DNA of 63,363 nucleotides, counting the filler, from Octopus bimaculoides (lineage: Eukaryota), in assembly GCF_001194135.2 (NCBI RefSeq). It is 7 parts of 6 records of this genome, joined end to end, with 100 filler letters (N's around TTAATTAATTAA, not from the genome) between each part and the next. Parts side by side here need not be neighbours in the genome. Positions count along the whole stretch, not along the records: positions 32,024 to 41,782 come from NC_068982.1; positions 41,883 to 46,419 come from NC_068990.1; positions 46,520 to 61,994 come from NC_068990.1; 4 more parts are not named here. The stretch is one strand, 5' to 3'. Below, piece after piece: positions 37,558-50,580 of the stretch. The translations under genes and the position numbers were made by a program. Each line of letters begins with the position of its first letter. Position 1 is the first letter of the stretch. The notes beneath the pieces were generated by a model. It was not told where the DNA came from, ran no database searches, and was given only the letters and a program-made list of their open reading frames with translations.

Positions 37558-38264
37558 ATGTGGTATGATGTGCGGTCATCGTTGAGTAGGTCATTCCATA
37601 ATAATACGGGAATAACAGATCTTAGGGCGAAATAGTAATTTAAGCCATTATTACTTAACAGCATCGGTTGGTGGATAGTGCTCAGTTTTGACTGACTTTC
37701 AACGTGATTATGCAATCCTGTACATGACGATTATTATATTAATATTCGCGACTGTCATACGAGTAAATATAAAAATACAATAAAAGTATAAATTAGTTCC
37801 TTTGCTTTATTCTGCTCAGTTTTACATCTGTAGATTATCCAACCTGATATAATGCCAACAGATAATTGGATGGAAATATTACGTTTAAAAAAGATTGGAA
37901 TTGGGACATACATGGATTTCTAAGAATTAGATGACCGTTATGATAACAGAATCGAAATTTTAATATTATTATTATTATTGTTATTATCATTCTTATGATC
38001 ATTTATATTATTATTGCCGGCAAGCTGGTAGTATCGATGCCACACCAGACAAAATGCTTACCGACACTTCGTCCGTCTTTATGTTCTGAGTTCAAATGAC
38101 GCCGGAGTTGACTTTACCTTTTATTATTTCGGAATCAATAACACAAGTACCAGTGAAACACCGGAGTCGACATAAAATATTTATCCCATCTCTCTAAATT
38201 GCTGGCATTGTGCCAAAATTATTATTATTATTATTATTAATATTATTATTATTATTATTAATTT

Positions 38265-39490
38265 TATAATTAGCTCTTTATTACAGGTTTTGTTGCAGCT
38301 CCTGGAGTCTTGCATGCGTAGCAGGCTTACTACCTGCAGCCTGCGGAACCATGTTATTTGTTCTTTTCAGTTATCTAATACACTTTTAATCTGTATATTT
38401 CTTACAATCACTTGCCGAGACACACCCAACGTCCTAGGGTGAGTGAAGGATAATAGATGTAACAGTATAAGCTTGGGGAGAGGAAGTGGCAGAGGCAGTA
38501 GCGAAACATTTCCAGGTAATACAAGGTCATTTAAATTGATAGGGTTTTCTGATGGATGTGGGCAGTGCTAGTCAGCACAATCCTTTGGATCTCTCTGAGA
38601 CATGGCTCTCGTGGGATGTTATCTAGTTGTTTCTGGCATCTCTTGTTTATCATACCTATATCATACCTAGGGCACCGCCAGGAACAGATACAATTCTCGA
38701 TTTAATATGCCACATCTTATGTATTTCAATTTCCAGGTACTTATTGCTTAATATGTCAAAATCCTTGACAGATAAATTTTTATAAGTCGGGACACTTACA
38801 TCTATTAGTCTTCAAGTATTTTCTTCCCTATTCTAAATGACTATAGCTAGTCCATTAGCATAGTGTTTCCATATTTTCTAATGAAAATACTGTCCTAATC
38901 AATTGTGGCGATTTTTGTATTTGTGTGGTGTCAGCAAGGACATCCAGAGACGAGATGCTCTATTGTTTCATCAAACTTACCACAGAATCTGCATTTAGGG
39001 TCAGAACCATTTTGAAAATTGTTAGCCTGGTAGTTTTTGGTAATCAAGTTTTGATCTCGTGCTGTTAATATGAAACCTACAAGCTCTGCTTTCAGTCCTG
39101 AACTTCTCAGCTTCTGATGATTTGTTGCTTGGTCTACATCAGCATTTCGACTACGAAGTATATACTGTCCATGCTGAGGTTCTCACTCCACCACTCCTCC
39201 ATTTGTTTCTGCCTGTTAATTTTTCCATTACTATTTCTGAACTGACACCCTGCCTTTGCCTTCCTTAATGTTAAACTGAGGGGCATCAAACATAGAATAA
39301 GTATTATAGGGGACAACGATTCCTTTTTGAAAATTCCTCTTTTGATATTAACTTTCCCTAAGAGTGTGTCATCCGAGTAGAGATCTACTTTCCATTTCTT
39401 CATACTAAACCTAATAAATTCTCTTATGTTGTCTGCTATATTGAATATACACAAACATTCACTTATCCATGAGTGTGGAATCATGTCATA
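38265..39490 (-). mobile_element. Decayed, 5'-truncated R4/Dong-like LINE with internal deletions
   Basis: YDMIPHSWISECL...VNIKRGIFKKESLSPIILILCLMPLSLTL (RT motifs) and FCGKFDETIEHLVSGC (zinc knuckle). The 3' end runs into (TAA)n near 38220-38260. Confidence 0.8.
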
Positions 39491-40990
39491 TCATGTCTAT
39501 CGATGCTATCCTTCCTCTGTTTGGATGTCGGGAGGACTTCATTGCCCCGGTCCGCTCCCTACACGTCGGCATGGAGGGTAGGGTATGCCATCAAAATGCC
39601 CTCACAGATACATTTCCCATCACTGGGGGTCTTAAGCAAGGATGTGACCTGGCAACAGCCTGTTTCTCTTTGTACATAGTTGCCATGTTCAACGAAATCC
39701 CACTGGACTGGCCTTCCATCAACATGCGCTATCGCTTGTTGGCGGACTCTTTAACCTCACATGTCTCCGCGCAAAGACGAGGATCTCCGCCATCTCAGTC
39801 TGTAAGATGCAGTATTCCAACGTCAATGCCACCCCGAGCAGGACCGTAGATGGCCTACAAAGGACGGCCAATCTTTACAACGCGGCTGATAAACGCTTCG
39901 GGATTAAGGGAAACATATTAAAGACCAAGACCCTGATCCAATCTACACCACCCACGAACATTATCATCAACGGCCAACCCTTAGAAAAAGTTGAACACTG
40001 CTCATACCTTGGGAGTATTCTTTCGAAGACCTTCACGCCCGCTGACATTCCTTCACGCTGCATTGAAGAAACCAAAGAACAAAAGAAAAAAGGAGAAAGA
40101 AGAAACGCACTCAACACCAGAGATGAAGATACCTCCGAAAGTGGGAGGACTGCCATGTCAAAGACGGTAGAGGAGTAGGTGTTGAAACCGGGCGTGGTTC
40201 CTCTTGATGATGTTTTAAGCTAACTGGATCCTATAAAGGAGTTGTTGAGGTAGCGAACCATGAAACGTGGTTGGAACTCCTCCTCCACGTGTGAACAAGA
40301 CGTCGAGAACCGGATCAGAGCGGCTCACTCCACCTTCAATAGACTCAGCCAACGTGTATTCTTCAATCACGCGCTGACCAACCGGACACAGATCATAGTC
40401 TTCCCTGCCATTGTCCTGTCAAGTCTTCTCTACGCTTGTGAAACATGGACACTGTAACACCGTGACTTCAAGCGCCTTGAATGCAACCAGCAATCCAAGC
40501 TCCAACGGAACCTCAATATTCGATGGGAATATAACATTACCCATAACGACTCTCTTCACCGCGCCTGCTGGGCAGGTCACATTCAGCGTATGGAGCCCTC
40601 TTGTCTCCCGAGGATCTTGTTCTACGGAGAACCTACAATCAGAACAAGACCCAGAGGAGGTCCGAAATTCCGTTTTATAGACCAGCTCACACGGACCCTG
40701 ACTCAAACTAACATCCAACCATCCTCATGGGAACGGATTGCCAAGGATAGAACAATCTGGAAGACTGCCATCCGCAATGGAGCCAGCTCCATCGAGCAGA
40801 ACAGACAAGAGAAAGATGAGGTTAAACGCAGAAGAAAGGAGCGTCTTCAACATCCTCGACCCGCACCGACCATCCTGTGCGAATTCTTCCCACAACCCTG
40901 TCACCACCAACTTGGACTCCAAAGTCACATTCCGCGCAAACGTCTGCTGAGGATTCTGGATAGAAACTGACGAATTCAATGCTCGGATAC
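39491..40990 (+). mobile_element. 5'-truncated RTE-clade LINE (RT domain to 3' end), frameshifted
   Basis: FPITGGLKQGCDLA, INGQPLEKVEHCSYLGSILS, ENRIRAAHSTFNRL, LLYACETWTL, RILFYGEPTIRTRPRGGPKFRFIDQL and WERIAKDRTIWKTAI, plus a terminal HHQLGLQSH finger remnant. Confidence 0.9.
40037..40272 (-). mobile_element. About 235-bp PLE-derived insertion within the RTE
   Basis: It interrupts the RTE reading LGSILSKT..CEQDVENR, has CACG at both junctions and is homologous to 42484-42712. Confidence 0.7.
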
Positions 40991-41929
40991 GAGTTGGTAC
41001 CGGCGAATTATTATTTTACTTCACAGAGCTCTCGATCTTAGTTGCTCCAGTTAATTTTGTGAGAGCGGAAAGGTGCCTATTTTCAAATTTCTCATAAGGT
41101 CTCTTTCCACGAATTGTAAGAATTGGTACATAGATGTTACACATCGTTATTAAGACCGTGAGGTGGCAGAAGCGATACCGTGTCAGACAAACCAGCAGCA
41201 TTTCTTTTGACTGATGCGCTTTCAGTTCAAATACCATTGAGGTCATCTTTGGCGTCTTTATCCTGTATTGACACAAACCTATGTTTCCTTAAGCCAGTCT
41301 ACAAGATTTCCATGCTAACAATCGCATTGTTTTTTTCAACGATGTAGATGTTCATCAAATTTCATACGTCGATTCAAGCATCTGAAAAGGGATATGGTCT
41401 TTTCGCCACTAATTTATAGCAAATATGACGGTTTTATTTGTTATAATCCTTAGCATATCTTTGTCATTTTAGAAACTTAGCATTGCTTGGAAATCTTGCT
41501 TTTCACATAATCTGTTCAATATTACGCCTTCCTTTGTAAATTGATTGTATTTCAACGATATTATCTGAATATTACCCGTTAAAATGTTGTAGTTACGCAA
41601 TGATATGGAATTGGTAATATTACGCTATGTAGTATACATTGTTGAACAAATAATTAAACACGCTATTGAAACGTGTGTAATGATGTTTTGAACTGTCCGT
41701 TATTATTCGTTTACTATGTGTGTATATACATAACATATATACGTATGCGGATGTGTGTTTATATATATATATATATATATATNNNNNNNNNNNNNNNNNN
41801 NNNNNNNNNNNNNNNNNNNNNNNNNNTTAATTAATTAANNNNNNNNNNNNNNNNNNNNNNNNNNNNNNNNNNNNNNNNNNNNTATATATATATATATATA
41901 TACATGTAGGCATATATATGTATACATAC

Positions 41930-41968
<39 letters not shown>

Positions 41969-42229
41969 CGTATGTATATGTATATATACACACACTATAT
42001 TTTGTGTGAGTGTGTAGAAATGTAAAGCACACAGATGTGTATATGTTTAGGTGTACCAGACTTAAAATTTTAAAAATCATGAATAAGCGACTACACAGAA
42101 ATCGTATTGCAAAATCAATCATTTGGAAATAAACCAAGAAAAGTAAAATACGTACATGAATAATGAAAGCCATGCGAGATTATATATATACACACATATA
42201 TATGTATACATTATATATTAAATAATAAA

Positions 42230-43210
42230 TTACATGGTATACATCTGGTAGCTTACCAGTAAAGTACGTTCACTTTCAGTGTTCGTTGGGTATTTGATTA
42301 ATGAGAGAGACGGAAGATGGAAGATACGTGAATGTTTATTAATCACTACAATTGTTTCGACCAATCTAGCATCGATCCTTCTTCGGTGGGATATTTAACA
42401 ACTGGTTTAGGAGTATCCGTCCCTGTAGATGTGCCCCTTCAGGTGATAACATGATGTACCTCTTTAAAATAATGTCCGCAAGTTGAAGAAAGCAAAGAAC
42501 AAAAGAAAAAAAGGAGAAAGAAGAAATGCACTCAACACCAGAGCTGAAGACACCGCCGAAAGTGTGTGTGTGGGGTGTGTGCTACGTCAAAAACGGTTGA
42601 AGAGAAGGGGCCGAAACTGGACGTGGTTCCTCCTGATGATGTCTTTAGCCACTGGATCCCATAAAGGAGCTATTGAAGTAGCGAACCACGAATCGTGGTT
42701 GGAATTCCTCTTCGGAGAGCCAGCGAACTGGCAGAAACGTTAGCACACCGGGTGAAATGCCTAGCGGGGTTTCGTCTGTCTTACGTTCTGAGTTCAAATT
42801 CCGCCGAGGTCAACTTTGCCTTTCATCCTTTCGGGGTCGGTAAAATAAGTACCAGTTGAGTACTGGGATCGATCTAATCGACTGGTCCTCTCACCCAAAA
42901 ATTTCGGGCCTTGTGCCGTGAGTAGAGAAGGAATTCCTCCTCGGTATGTGTTTGCAAAAACAGCAAACTAAGACCACCACAATTTTATCCTCCTTAAGTC
43001 GCAACACAACCAGTCAAAGTTGTCGAACGCCTCTTGTTGATGTTCATGAAGATGGCGACATGGCTGCGATAAAGATTCTTGAATTGAACAGCTGTTGCCC
43101 CAGTGTAAACGTATGGTCCCCTTATTGTGTGTACGGTGCCTTTATATACAATCTTGGCCATCCATCAAAACATTTATGCCTTCCAGACTGCATATCTACG
43201 GTCAATTTCA
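42230..43210 (-). mobile_element. Decayed Penelope-like element 3' end (GIY-YIG plus terminal region)
   Basis: A single frame reads AKIVYKGTVHTIRGPYVYTGATAVQFKNLYRSHVAIFMNINKRRSTTLTGCV (GIY-YIG core), followed by ANTYRGG. A degenerate hammerhead lies at 42392-42341. Split by a SINE. Confidence 0.7.
42716..42929 (+). mobile_element. tRNA-headed SINE, type 1, tail variant A, inserted in the PLE
   Basis: Complete head, body and tail. 15-bp TSD GGAATTCCTCTTCGG (42701-42715) and GGAATTCCTCCTCGG (42930-42944). Confidence 0.92.
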
Positions 43211-45289
43211 GAAATATAGATTTCAAATGTTTGCACAAGGCCAGCAGTTTGGGAGAAAGGTAAACTTGATTAAACCGATCCCTGCGCTCAAATGGTACTT
43301 ATTTTATAGACCCCTAAATGATGAAAGTTAAAGTCGACCTCGGCGGAATTAGATCTCAAAAAATAAAGACAGACGAAATGCCGCTAAGTATTTTACCCGA
43401 GGTGCAAATAATTTTAGAAATATCGGTTTCCAACTTTGACACAAAGCCATCAATTTAAGGGCTGGAGTTAAGTCAATTATATCAACCCCAGTGACCAATT
43501 GGTCCTTATTTCATCGAACCCGAAAAGATAAAAGGTAAAGTGGACCCCGGTGACTTTTGAACTCAGAACGTCAAGATGGACTCTTGTTCTTTGCTCTGTT
43601 GTGATTTGATCTTTCACTCTCTACATATGTCCACTGCTATTTCATTAAGCAAAAACGAAAAAGAAAAAAACAGCAGAGTTTCAGCGGGTCCCTAACCAGA
43701 CCCCACTGTTGGTAAATTCGCCTATTCATTTATAAAGCTTTCTTAATGTTTACTTCAAATTTTGGCACATGGCCGGAAATTTCGGAGGAGTAAATTAGTC
43801 TATTACATCGACCGCAGAACTTGATCGATATTTATTATTTTATCGACCCGAAAAGATGAAAGGCAAAGTCAACTTCGGCGGAATTAGAACACAGAAGGTA
43901 AGGAAGGACGAAATACCGTTAAGCTTTTAGCCAGGTATACTAACGATCCTCCAGCTCTCTGCCATAATTTTCAGAAATATTAGTATGTGATTTGAGGGAG
44001 ATTTTCTTACTATTTCTGACAGGTCGAATGAACATATAGTTGTACATTTCTCGTCTTGTTCTGATTAGATTTAATTAGTTGGCAGGTTCAGACGATTGAC
44101 ACCTTTCGATATTAACGGCAGCAGCTGTTGCAAGTCAAACTTATTAACACTCGTTTCACTGAAATATCTAAATTTGGTTCTGTTACTTTGAAAATCTTGC
44201 TAATAGAGGCTGTTGCTGAAAGAGAGCGTGGTTACAGTGGAAAACTTTTGATCATACTGTATAATCTGTAAGCTTCCCTGATGGTTGAGCTAAAAAGGTA
44301 AGAGGTTAATTGTGAAGAATTTCGCTTTGCAATTGCCTGATTCTGAGTTCGATGAGCGGCATCACTCACATACCAGAAAAGTGCCTTCTACACACGCCAA
44401 CAAAATGTTCTTTCTATCATGGCTTCTGCATGACCAATAAATTACAAGTTGAATTTGGTAGACGGAAACTATAGAATGCGATGAGTGTACGATTGTGGTG
44501 TGTACGCGCGCGCGCACACATACGTACGCGCACATGCACATGTGTGTGTGTGTGTGTATGGTTTTCCCGTTGTCTCACTGGTTAAAGAGTGGTAAATTAG
44601 AGAGGATGTTTATGTCTACATGAGACTTCAGAGGTACCTAAATGTACGAGTGACAGCACAGTACTTACTGTTAGATTGTAACTCCTAACTTACATGACGC
44701 CACAGCTAGTATAAAGTGCTGTATGTTTATATATATATATATTTATGTGTGTGTATGTATATAAATATATCTTTATATATAGACATTTATATGTATGTGT
44801 GTATACGTGAGTATGTATGCGCGTGAGTGTATGTGTGAGTGCGTGTGTGAGGTGTATGTGTGCGTGAGCGTGTGTGTGTGTGTCTGTGTGTGTGGAGGCG
44901 CATGGCTTAAATGTTAGAGATTACACTCATGATCGCAACATTGTGGTTTCGATCCCTGGACCGGGTGATGCGTTGCGTTCTTAAGTGAAACACCATGTTT
45001 TGTTGTGGCTTCAGTCTACTCAGTAGGTAAAAATGAGGAATCCTACGACTGACCGGTGTCCCGCCCAGCGGGTATATATATAGAGCACAGATTCTAGAAA
45101 ACTGGCCTTACGAGCCTATCGTTTGGGAATGACCTCAGTTCTTTAATTTCTTAAATATATGTGTATGGGCGTGTGTATGTATCTATGTGTGTCTATATAG
45201 GAAAATTGTAAAACCGTTCTTTTTTTTACGAACGAATACACACGTGAGCGAATACTCAACTGTTATTTATTTTATCGACCCCTATAGCT

Positions 45290-45355
<66 letters not shown>

Positions 45356-45409
45356 TGATAAAGATTAGAGGTTTCAGATTGTGGTACAGGGTCAGTAGAT
45401 TTCAGAAGA

Positions 45410-45870
45410 TGATGTGGACGAGAATCGTTAGCATGCCGGGCAAACTGCTTAGTGGCATTTCGTCCATCTTTACGTTCTGGGTTCAAATGCCGCTGAGGTC
45501 AACTTTGCCTTTCATCATTTCGGACTCGATAAAATAAGTACCAGCTGAGCACTGGAGTCGATTTAATCGACCTAGCCTCTCCCCCGATATTGCTGGCCTT
45601 GTGCCAAAATTTGAAACCAATAATAATTACCCTTTCTAAAATAGGTTTAAGGCCAGCAATTTTAAGGGGACAGGACCAGCTGATTACATCGACCCCACTG
45701 CTCGACTATCGACCCCAGTGCTCGACTATCGACCCCAGTGCCCGACTATCGACCCCAGTGCTCGACTATTGACCCCGAAAGGATAAAAAGCGAAGTCGAC
45801 CTCAGTGATATCTGAACTTAGAACGTAACGAGTCGGAAGAAATTGTCGCTAAATATAGTGTCCAGTTCGC
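45410..45870. mobile_element. Two type 1 SINE copies, tail-to-tail; the minus copy holds a 20-bp minisatellite
   Basis: Plus copy at about 45410-45625 and minus copy at about 45640-45870. Unit ATCGACCCCAGTGCTCGACT is repeated about 4 times at 45688-45776. Confidence 0.8.
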
Positions 45871-45875
45871 CACCT

Positions 45876-45901
45876 TGATGATGATGATGATGATGATAAT
45901 G

Positions 45902-45980
<79 letters not shown>

Positions 45981-45990
45981 CAACAACAAC
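45876..45990. repeat. Compound (ATG)n(ATA)n(ACA)n microsatellite, representative of very many AT, CA, GATA, TACA, AAT and TAG tracts across the window
   Basis: Directly visible. Other long tracts include (TG)n at 3181-3305 and (TCTA)n at 56511-56642. Confidence 0.95.
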
Positions 45991-46349
45991 AACGACGACG
46001 ACGACCACGATAGCAACAACAGCTACAAGTACGACAGTTTCACTCACCTCCACTTTCCTCTCCTCGTGCCTGAAAAACGCTAACAGCACCTCTTCTATTA
46101 CGACAACCACTACAACTACCACTACCACTATCAACAATAACAAAACCAATACCAATAGCAACAATAACAACAACAACAACAACAACAGAGACTACGCTGA
46201 CAACAAGAACGACAACTCTCTACTCACCCACATCATCTTCGCCTCACGCCTGCGAACACAAAACAATTGATCTATTTCCATACATCGTTTTTCTCTTAAT
46301 TACTATTTTTTTCTTCTTTTCTGTTTATTTCTCCGTTTATTGTTGATTC

Positions 46350-46387
<38 letters not shown>

Positions 46388-47050
46388 TTATTTATTTTAA
46401 TTTTTTTTTTTTTTTTTTTNNNNNNNNNNNNNNNNNNNNNNNNNNNNNNNNNNNNNNNNNNNNTTAATTAATTAANNNNNNNNNNNNNNNNNNNNNNNNN
46501 NNNNNNNNNNNNNNNNNNNGAAAGGGCTAAAGGCAGTCACTTTCTTCTTTGGCCAAGGCCTCATAAACCTTTTCAAGTTTCACTTGAAAGTGAAAGTGAG
46601 TGTAGAGAGGGGTAGTGTTGCCTTCTAGGAAATTTGTTGAAAGGTAGATGAATGTCGGGAAAATGGCTAATGTGAAAAGATCTATTTTGAGCATGCGCTT
46701 GTCAAAAATAAAAGAAGGCCGTTGCCCTGTTGTTCAGGCACCCGTGGCCTGTTTTGTTTTTTCCACGAGTAGCTTTAAAGCACCTTCCCCTATTGAGAGT
46801 TTTATTTGTTTAATTTTGTTTGTTATTTTATTTACACGTTTTAAAACCTTGTTTTGTCATTTCATGTTGTTTTTCTTTGTAAGCCCTTTGTAAGTCCAAT
46901 AAAAGAGTGAATTATGCGTTATGATTTATGATTTATAATATATTTTAGAATATGAGATTTTCTCCGTTTCTTGAAAACACTACAAACTTATTTACCTGAA
47001 TCTGTGAAGTTATTCGTTGCAACTAAGGACGCACAAACATCACACGATTT

Positions 47051-47460
47051 TCATTCTTTAACCCTTCTACCCCTTCCCCCATCTCTATGCATGTTAGACA
47101 AGTTACGACATTTGCTGTTTGGTGTACAAGCTACATCTTCTGAGGTACTTTCAACTAAGACTTGTCTTCTATTCCTCTCACTCGCATCATGTACATTACC
47201 CAAAACTAAACACAATTCACATTCTTTCCTCCTTGGATTCTTCTCTCCATACACATGTTTTCCCAACAATAAATCTTTTGTTCTTTCATTAACTTCATTC
47301 ATTGGAAAGTGGCAGTGTTGGTATACCAGCATGAATGATTTTAGTAGATCATATTGACTCAAGTTCTGATTTCAGTTTAATACTAACGTCAATGACCTTC
47401 ATTGAATTGCTTTTTACATGAAAAAACAACTTCGGTACCTGTAAGCACAAAGATTCAAGC
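47051..47460 (-). mobile_element. Possible piggyBac-like transposase C-terminal remnant
   Basis: KLFFH-like segment, then HCHFP...LLLGKHVYGEKNPRRKECELC...VACTPNSKC, resembling the piggyBac cysteine-rich tail. TTAACCCTT at 47058-47066 resembles a piggyBac terminus. Confidence 0.4.
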
Positions 47461-47871
47461 TTACATACATACATGTGTGTGTGTGTGTGCGTTCGCGTGT
47501 GCTCGGGCGTGTGTGTGTATGTATTTCAATGACAGTAACATGTGTGTGTCTTAATGACACTAACATTTATGTGTATGTTTTAATGAAACTAACATTTATT
47601 TAAACGCAGATTATTTATGGCTTCATGTAAGAAGTAGGTCTATCCTGGCTCTTGGATTATTTTACATTTGTCGGAACTGGCTAAATAAAACGTATAGCCA
47701 TTCGGTATAATTTCGCATGAAAGAAATCTGATAAAGTGAAACCAAACTGATAGAAAAGAAATGAATGCCCGACGGGTCATAACTCTGTAAAGTCACTTAC
47801 CTAGATTGTCTCTGCTTAAATCCTGTTAGATTGTAATCTGAAAGACTACACATTTGAACATGTAAATCGGT

Positions 47872-47924
<53 letters not shown>

Positions 47925-48065
47925 GTAGTAGTAGTAGTAGTAGTAACCATGTTACCACAAACGCTCAGTCTGTGCAGTTAAATTGAATCTATGTAGAATT
48001 ATTGACCGTGTTTGAGTAAAGTCGAGCCACTAAAAGTTCATAAACAAAAAGATTAATAGAATGTC

Positions 48066-50014
48066 GTAGGATAGGTGGAAAGACATGAAGGATGCGTTGT
48101 CAGAGCTAGGATGCGTGCTCTAAGAAACGAAGGTATTGGAACAGCGCGAGAAGTCCGAGTGGCAGAGGCGCAACAAGGCAACAAAGCCATGATTTGGTCT
48201 CTGATAGATGAACAGGGGCGCCAATTGCTCGACTATAAAAGAATGTGTGAGGCCTTTCAACAGCACTTTGCCCGACTGTTCGGGACAACTGGCTAGCCAG
48301 AACGGAGGGTGGACTTCAGTGCCTACCTGCATAGCCTGCCACGACTCTCGGCAAGAGAGGCGGAGTGTTGTGAAGGTGCCATCACAGTAGCAAACTGCTC
48401 GAGGGACAAATCGCCGGGCTTGGATGGTCTGCCCTACGAGCTTTATGGTTATATGCCAGACTTGTATGGAGGTGTCTTGGCAGCAGTCTACTGCAACTGG
48501 CAGCAAAACGGGAGAATCCCCAGTTTTGTGATCCGAGGAGCTTTAACACTGAAAGATCCAAACAAGGGGAACATAATAGATAACTTTAGGCCCATCACTC
48601 TGCTCAATGCAGATTTGCAAATTTTGGCCAAGGTGTTAGCAGAGAGGTTGACGCTTGTCATCGAGAAACTGGTCGACAAACCGCAAACATGCGTCATGCT
48701 GGGCCAGAGCATCCATGGCAACCTCCACCTCACGCGTTACATCATAGACAGGATAGTTAAGGAACCTGGCGTGGGTGGGGCGCTGATTAATTTGGATCAA
48801 TCCAAAGCTTTCGATCGGGTAGACCATCGATACTTGGAGGCTGTTCTCATAGCGGTTGGTTTCGGTCCCGTTTCCGCGGCTGGATTGCTGCCTTATACAG
48901 TGGCATCCGTTCAGTAGTTCGCGTGAATGGGCATCTATCCAGACCATTTGATATTGCACGTTCGGTCCGTCAGGTATGTCCTCCTGGTCGCTTCTGTACG
49001 TATTGACTCTCGAGCCACTACTACGGAAGCTGGCAACGCTGAGGGGCATCGTCATAGTGTCTAACCACGTCCGTATCACCCTGGTCGGCGAAACATACGA
49101 AGCGGTAACGGGGGTGAAAATTAACGCGGAAAACTTAGTGGGTTTGCGGCTCGGCACCTGGAGAAGCAAGCCCATGCCGTCCAACAGCGTCTCCGTCGTA
49201 GGACACTGGACCGACGGACCGGTTAAATTGCTCGGGGTTTGGTTCGGTACGGACCTCAAAATGGAGAAAATCTGGGACGCAATAACGAGAAGGGTGGCCA
49301 TTCTCATCCAGCAATGGGCCGACAGAAATCTGTCCCTAAAAGGTCGGGCGAAGGTGGCCAACGCGTACATAGCATCCGTCATCTACTACCGCCTGACCGT
49401 CGTGCCTAGTCCCGACCCTNNNNNNNNNNNNNNNNNNNNNNNNNNNNNNNNNNNNNNNNNNNNNNNNNNNNNNNNNNNNNNNNNNNNNNNNNNNNNNNNN
49501 NNNNNNNNNNNNNNNNNNNNNNNNNNNNNNNNNNNNNNNNNNNNNNNNNNNNNNNNNNNNNNNNNNNNNNNNNNNNNNNNNNNNNNNNNNNNNNNNNNNN
49601 NNNNNNNNNNNNNNNNNNNNNNNNNNNNNNNNNNNNNNNNNNNNNNNNNNNNNNNNNNNNNNNNNNNNNNNNNNNNNNNNNNNNNNNNNNNNNNNNNNNN
49701 NNNNNNNNNNNNNNNNNNNNNNNNNNNNNNNNNNNNNNNNNNNNNNNNNNNNNNNNNNNNNNNNNNNNNNNNNNNNNNNNNNNNNNNNNNNNNNNNNNNN
49801 NNNNNNNNNNNNNNNNNNNNNNNNNNNNNNNNNNNNNNNNNNNNNNNNNNNNNNNNNNNNNNNNNNNNNNNNNNNNNNNNNNNNNNTTTTACTATTTCAT
49901 TTTGTCTATACCTCAAACGATTCTGATCCCTTTTGATCGTTTTTCCCCCTCGAAAAGAAAACTCTACATTACATTGTCCCCTCTGTGTCGAGCCCTATGT
50001 GGCTAATAAAGAAA
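48066..50014 (+). mobile_element. L1/Tx1-clade LINE, 5'-truncated copy 1
   Basis: KSPGLDGLPYELY, NFRPITLLNADLQILAKVLAERL, LDQSKAFDRVDHRYL and LSLKGRAKVANAYIASVIYY. The YADD segment is deleted relative to copy 2. The 3' end AATAAAGAAA is followed by (TCTG)n(TCTA)n. Spans a gap. Confidence 0.9.
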
Positions 50015-50018
50015 GTCA

Positions 50019-50105
<87 letters not shown>

Positions 50106-50109
50106 CCAC

Positions 50110-50526
50110 ATGGACGGACGTTAGACACATCGGCTCCCATGTAAGTTGCATTTTTCACCTGTTAAAAGACCTATTTTGGTTTTTAATTTTTGTATAAGTT
50201 GTATATAACACAAAATACTTTGCGAAGATATATTTTTCGAATCGGAAATAGCTCTATTTAGAGTTTTATTTCCAAAAATTCAAAAAAATCTTCCTCGATC
50301 CTAGCCATATTCTGTAAAGCAAATATGGCTAAGGTATTCAACGAGGCCGATTTCCCGCCCCTAATGCCAGAGGCGAAAGAACCGAATGCCGTTCCGCATG
50401 AATGCAGACAAGTGGTGGAGAAGAGCAATGACCCTGTGTCTACTGCTGCTGCCTCAACCACCACCACCACCATCACGTGTAAAAACTCTGCTGCTACAGC
50501 AGTCTCGCCTGCCACCACCACCAGTG

Positions 50527-50580
<54 letters not shown>

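Noticed and set aside
45875-46270. Mucin-like Thr/Asn-rich ORF
   Set aside because: It is mostly triplet microsatellite. The resemblance to the Tx1 ORF1 tract is compositional only.
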